Assembly (NCBI GenBank): GCA_963666985.2
Contig: CAXXIA010000001.1
Span: forward strand, 192,001-256,000
DNA from: Spirochaetia bacterium
GTDB lineage: Bacteria; Spirochaetota; Spirochaetia; DSM-2461
Reading direction: 5' to 3'
Length of the DNA stretch: 64,000 bases
A program made the translations under genes and the position numbers. Positions 60,235 through 64,000 of this stretch are shown piece after piece; the stretch's first letter is position 1; the number at the start of each line of letters is the position of its first letter. The notes under the pieces were generated by a model. It was given only the letters and a program-made list of their open reading frames with translations. It did no database searches and was not told the DNA's origin.

Positions 60235-60289
60235 AGTAAGCACTGATAAAAAAACGGCGGCGCCGCCGCCTGATGAAAGGAATGGTTTT

Positions 60290-61057
60290 ATGGCTAGACT
60301 GAATAATAAGGTTGCACTGATTACCGGAGCGGGCTCAGGCATGGGCCGCGCATCTTCGCTGCTTTTTTCAAAGGAGGGCGCCAAGATTGTCGTCGTCGAT
60401 TTCAACGAGGAGAACGGCAGAAAAGTTGTTGAGGAAGTCAAGGTCCAGGGCGGCGAGGCCGCTTTTGTCTTTGCCGACGTTTCCAAGGGTGAGTATTGCA
60501 AGGGTGCCGTTGATTTTGCCGTCGAGACGTATGGAAAGCTCGATGTCGTATTCTGTTGCGCCGGTGTGGCTCAGAAAGCTGCGATGATTTGGGATCTGGA
60601 TGAGAGCGAGTTTGACAAGATGATGAATATCAATACGAAATCAAGCTGGCTGATGGCAAAGTATTCCGCATTGGAGCTTAAGAAAAATAACGGTTCGTTA
60701 ATTCTCATCGGCTCCACGGCGGCCGTTCGGCCCCGTGCTACACAAGGTTTGTACGGCGCGTGCAAGGCGGCCAACAACAATTTGGCGATCGGCTTGGCGG
60801 CGGAGCTTGCGCCCGAGGCGCGCTGCAACTGCATCAATCCGGGCCCCACGGCTACGCCGATGCTCCCGACCTTCGTGCAGAGTTATAACGATAATGTGGC
60901 CGACGAAATCGCCGGAAGCACTCTCTTAAAACATCTTGTTGATCCGATGGACATTGCCAATGCCGCGCTGTTTTTCGCCTGTGACGAATCCAGGAGCGTT
61001 ACGGGGGTGTCTATGCTGGTTGATTCCGGAGCGGACAAGGCGCGCGGCAAGAACTGA
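60290..61057 (+). CDS. Short-chain dehydrogenase/reductase #2
   Basis: TGAGSGMG, YGACK, RCNCINPG, VTGVSMLVDSG. Confidence 0.9.
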   Translation: MARLNNKVALITGAGSGMGRASSLLFSKEGAKIVVVDFNEENGRKVVEEVKVQGGEAAFVFADVSKGEYCKGAVDFAVETYGKLDVVFCCAGVAQKAAMIWDLDESEFDKMMNINTKSSWLMAKYSALELKKNNGSLILIGSTAAVRPRATQGLYGACKAANNNLAIGLAAELAPEARCNCINPGPTATPMLPTFVQSYNDNVADEIAGSTLLKHLVDPMDIANAALFFACDESRSVTGVSMLVDSGADKARGKN

Positions 61058-61095
61058 TCCATTGTGTAAACGGGTGTGGAATCGGACCATATGAG

Positions 61096-61917
61096 ATGAT
61101 AACCATAAAAGAAGCGGAACAGGGCAATGTCTACGAGGACTGCAGAGTCGTTGAATTCAATAAAAAAAACGGCTTTGTCACGATGACCGAAACCAAAAGA
61201 AAGGTCATCAAAGAGGTGTCGTTGAAGATTTATGTCAATGAACAGGAGCTCATTCCGGTGATTTGCCTGAACCGGCAGTACAAGGAGCTTGCTCTCGGAC
61301 TGCTGTACAATGAAGGTGTTATCCATTCGATGGACGATATCAAAAGTATCGAATACGGTGAAAAGCCGACGGCCGTCAGGATTCTCCTCAGGGAAGGTCT
61401 CGAGCCGGATCGGCATGAGACCCCGGGGAATATCACATCCGAATTCGGCAAAAGCCAAATGTTCCTAAATCCGTTTAAAAAGAATCCATCTAACACGATC
61501 GCCGACGAAAGAACATATTCGGCCGGTGCTCTTTTAGAGGAGATGGATGCGTTTGTTTCCATGTCCGAGATTTATAATTCGGTCGGCGGAACCCACAGCG
61601 TAAAGTTTTGTTCGGGTGATTATGCATTGCTTATCGACGACATCAGTCGGCACAACTGTTTCGATAAGTTAACAGGCATTCTTCTTGAAGAAAACAAGCT
61701 CGATTTGGCCGTCGGCGGCATCTTGTACGTCAGCGGAAGGCTGACGTCTGAAATGCTGATGAAAATGATGCGTTTGGGGCTGTCCGTCGCCATATCGAAA
61801 TCTTCACCGACATCAGCGGCGCTGAAGCTGGCACGTGAGTTCCATATAACGATACTCGGCTACGTTAAGGGCGATAACGGCATTATTTATTCATGTCCGG
61901 AACGGATTATCCCGTAG
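61096..61917 (+). CDS. fdhD: FdhD-family cofactor accessory/sulfurtransferase-like protein lacking the usual loop Cys
   Basis: ELALGLLYNEG, GGTHS, DISRHNCFDKL, SGRLTSEM, SKSSPT. Confidence 0.8.
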   Translation: MITIKEAEQGNVYEDCRVVEFNKKNGFVTMTETKRKVIKEVSLKIYVNEQELIPVICLNRQYKELALGLLYNEGVIHSMDDIKSIEYGEKPTAVRILLREGLEPDRHETPGNITSEFGKSQMFLNPFKKNPSNTIADERTYSAGALLEEMDAFVSMSEIYNSVGGTHSVKFCSGDYALLIDDISRHNCFDKLTGILLEENKLDLAVGGILYVSGRLTSEMLMKMMRLGLSVAISKSSPTSAALKLAREFHITILGYVKGDNGIIYSCPERIIP

Positions 61918-61996
61918 AGTCGGCCGGTGTAGGCCAAGGTATAGGCCAATCTGAATTAGCGTTGAAAGGAGAGCGCGTTGAAACGCGTTATATATT

Positions 61997-63964
61997 ATGG
62001 AAGCTTTAAAATACCCCCATCTTTTTGAACCGATTTCGGTGGCCGGCAGTTTTTTTGCCAACAGAATCATCGCTTCCGCCACCGGTCATCTCGATACCAT
62101 CGGCAGCCGTGAGAGCGGATATTATCATACGCCCCAAAACGCCGCCTATTATGAGCGTCTGGCCGCCGGCGGGGCCGGCATGGTCACCGTGGGAAGCTGC
62201 TACGTAGACAAGAAATACGGCGACTTCGGCAACTATCACGTTTTTTTGGACGATCCCCTATCGATCCACTCGTTTTACAGCATCGCCAATTCCATTACCC
62301 GTTACGGCGCCGTGGCCTCCGCGGAGATTATCCATTGCGGTCTCTACGCCAACAGAGCAACCGGCGAGCCGTCTTACGGACCTGTCGCCATGGAAGACAA
62401 CGGCCGGCCCGTCTTTGAAATGGACGATGCTTATATCATCGCGCTCATTGACCGATTCGCCAATGCAGCCGCTTTTGCCAAAAAATGCGGTTTCGGCATG
62501 GTCACCATTCATGGCGGTCACGGCTGGCTCATCTCCCAGTTCGTCAATCCGGCGCTCAATACCCGAAAGGACAAATGGGGCGGCGCACCGATAGAAAATC
62601 GTGCGCGACTGGCCGTCGAAATCTGTAAGGCCATCCGCAAAAAGACGGGTCCGAGGTTTCCCATAGAGATGCGCATCAGCGGCTCGGAGTGCTACTCGGG
62701 CGGTTACGGGATAGATGAGGGTATCGCCCTGGCCAAACAATTGGACGGCTACGCCGACATGATCCACGTTTCGGCCGGAAGCCACGAACGGGACGAGGTT
62801 TTTACGATTACACACCCCAGCATGTTTCTGGAGGAAGGCTGCAACGCAGTCTACGCGGCCGAAATTAAAAAAAACATCTCGCAGTCGAAGGTCGTCACAG
62901 TTGGGGGGTTCAGCGAACCCGCAATCATGGAGGAGATTCTCGCTTCCGGGCAAGCCGATTTCATCGCAATGGCACGTTCTCTGATAGCCGATCATGATCT
63001 TCCCAACAAGTTCCGTCTGGGGCGGGAGGATGAAATCATCAAGTGCATGCGATGTCTGCACTGTTTTTCAAACGTTCAGACCTACGGTAAGTTCTATTGC
63101 GCCATCAATCCCACGACGGGTCATGAATATGAAGAAAAGTTTGATATCCCCGCCGCGACGAGAAAGAAGGTCCTGGTTGTCGGCGGCGGGATCGGCGGCA
63201 TGCAGGCGGCACTGACGTGCGCCGAGCGCGGGCACGAGGTTACCCTGTGTGAAAAAACATCTCGTCTCGGCGGTGCCTTGCGCTGCGAGGAAAAGGTTCC
63301 GTTCAAAAAGAACTTGGACCGTTATTTAAACGCGCAGGAGAAGGCCGTGATGAACAACCCGGCGATCACGGTGAGGCTGAATACAGCCGTTACGCCGGAG
63401 CTTGCCAAGAGCATCGGCGCCGACGTTCTCATTGCCGCTTTGGGCGCCCGTCCCGTCAAACCGCCTATCAAGGGCATCGACGGCAAAAACGTCATATCGG
63501 CAGAAGACATCTATTTAAATCCGGAGAGGACCGGCGGCTCATGCGTTATTCTCGGGGGAGGGCTTGTGGGCATAGAGCTCGGAATCTTCCTCGCGCAGAT
63601 GGGCAAAAAGATCACCGTCATTGAGATGATGGACGCGCTTAATCATGGCGGTAATCATCTGCATGCCAAGGGACTGGCCGTCCAGATCGAAAAATACGGG
63701 ATAGACGTTAATCTCAACACCAAGGCGCTTGAGATTACAGATAAAGGTGTGATCGGCGAAAGCGACCGAGAACAACGATTGTATGAGGCCGAAACGGTTA
63801 TTTATGCCGTCGGGCAAAGTCCGCTCCAAGAGGAAACAATGGCCCTTCACGACTGTGCGCCGGAATATCATGTACTGGGCGACTGCGTGACGCCCAGAAA
63901 CATAGCCAACGCGACGAGTGCCGCCTATGAGATATCGCGTATGATCGGGAGAAACGGCCTTTAA
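61997..63964 (+). CDS. OYE-family NADH:flavin oxidoreductase with FeS and FAD domains #2
   Basis: ANRI, AAGGAG, HGGHGWL..QF..N.RKDKWGG, CMRCLHC..C, VGGGIGG, LGGGLVG. Confidence 0.9.
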   Translation: MEALKYPHLFEPISVAGSFFANRIIASATGHLDTIGSRESGYYHTPQNAAYYERLAAGGAGMVTVGSCYVDKKYGDFGNYHVFLDDPLSIHSFYSIANSITRYGAVASAEIIHCGLYANRATGEPSYGPVAMEDNGRPVFEMDDAYIIALIDRFANAAAFAKKCGFGMVTIHGGHGWLISQFVNPALNTRKDKWGGAPIENRARLAVEICKAIRKKTGPRFPIEMRISGSECYSGGYGIDEGIALAKQLDGYADMIHVSAGSHERDEVFTITHPSMFLEEGCNAVYAAEIKKNISQSKVVTVGGFSEPAIMEEILASGQADFIAMARSLIADHDLPNKFRLGREDEIIKCMRCLHCFSNVQTYGKFYCAINPTTGHEYEEKFDIPAATRKKVLVVGGGIGGMQAALTCAERGHEVTLCEKTSRLGGALRCEEKVPFKKNLDRYLNAQEKAVMNNPAITVRLNTAVTPELAKSIGADVLIAALGARPVKPPIKGIDGKNVISAEDIYLNPERTGGSCVILGGGLVGIELGIFLAQMGKKITVIEMMDALNHGGNHLHAKGLAVQIEKYGIDVNLNTKALEITDKGVIGESDREQRLYEAETVIYAVGQSPLQEETMALHDCAPEYHVLGDCVTPRNIANATSAAYEISRMIGRNGL

Positions 63965-64000
63965 CCACCGGCGGTTGATTTATAAGAATAAACGGCCGCC

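Noticed and set aside
40974..63964. Canonical nicotinate fermentation or class II benzoyl-CoA reductase complex
   Set aside because: No xanthine-oxidase-family hydroxylase, enamidase or B12 mutase; no Hdr/Nuo-like Bam subunits or CoA ligase in the window
1..64000. CRISPR arrays, rRNA, tRNA, intact transposases, prophage genes
   Set aside because: No regularly spaced repeats or recognisable signatures found by eye

Overview
Bacterial chromosome fragment, most likely from an anaerobic Spirochaetales (Spirochaetaceae-like) organism. This is inferred from the rho-rpmE-galK-TPR-NHL gene order and general protein character. The left ~34 kb is housekeeping or ordinary accessory DNA: rho (partial), rpmE, a degenerate GalK, clpS-clpA-aat, an orphan amino-methyltransferase, apbE, a DtxR-type regulator, lipA-miaB-mtaB, ohrR-gpx, glgX, cobB and an adenine deaminase, plus a 142-bp MITE with 17-bp terminal inverted repeats and a 4-bp target duplication. 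From ~34.7 kb to the window end lies a ~29-kb catabolic island that I cannot assign to any described pathway. It encodes a TRAP transporter, a fucose-isomerase-like protein and a CcpA-like LacI regulator. It also carries two paralogous modules (4Fe-4S subunit + atypical YdhV/BamB-type AOR-family W/Mo enzyme + MmgE/PrpD protein + SDR, each operon with an OYE-type flavin/FeS reductase), a third PrpD, a PrpF-LeuC-LeuD-ICL block resembling the Mii-DmdAB-Dml end of nicotinate fermentation, a lactonase-type MBL hydrolase, an ABM protein and an FdhD lacking its usual Cys. All four catabolic/transport transcription units share a visible 27-bp operator (core CGCTTACAT-N5-TATCAT) just downstream of sigma70-like promoters, which ties them into one regulon. 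The substrate is unknown. No rRNA, tRNA or CRISPR array was seen. Comparisons to reference proteins are from memory and need alignment.
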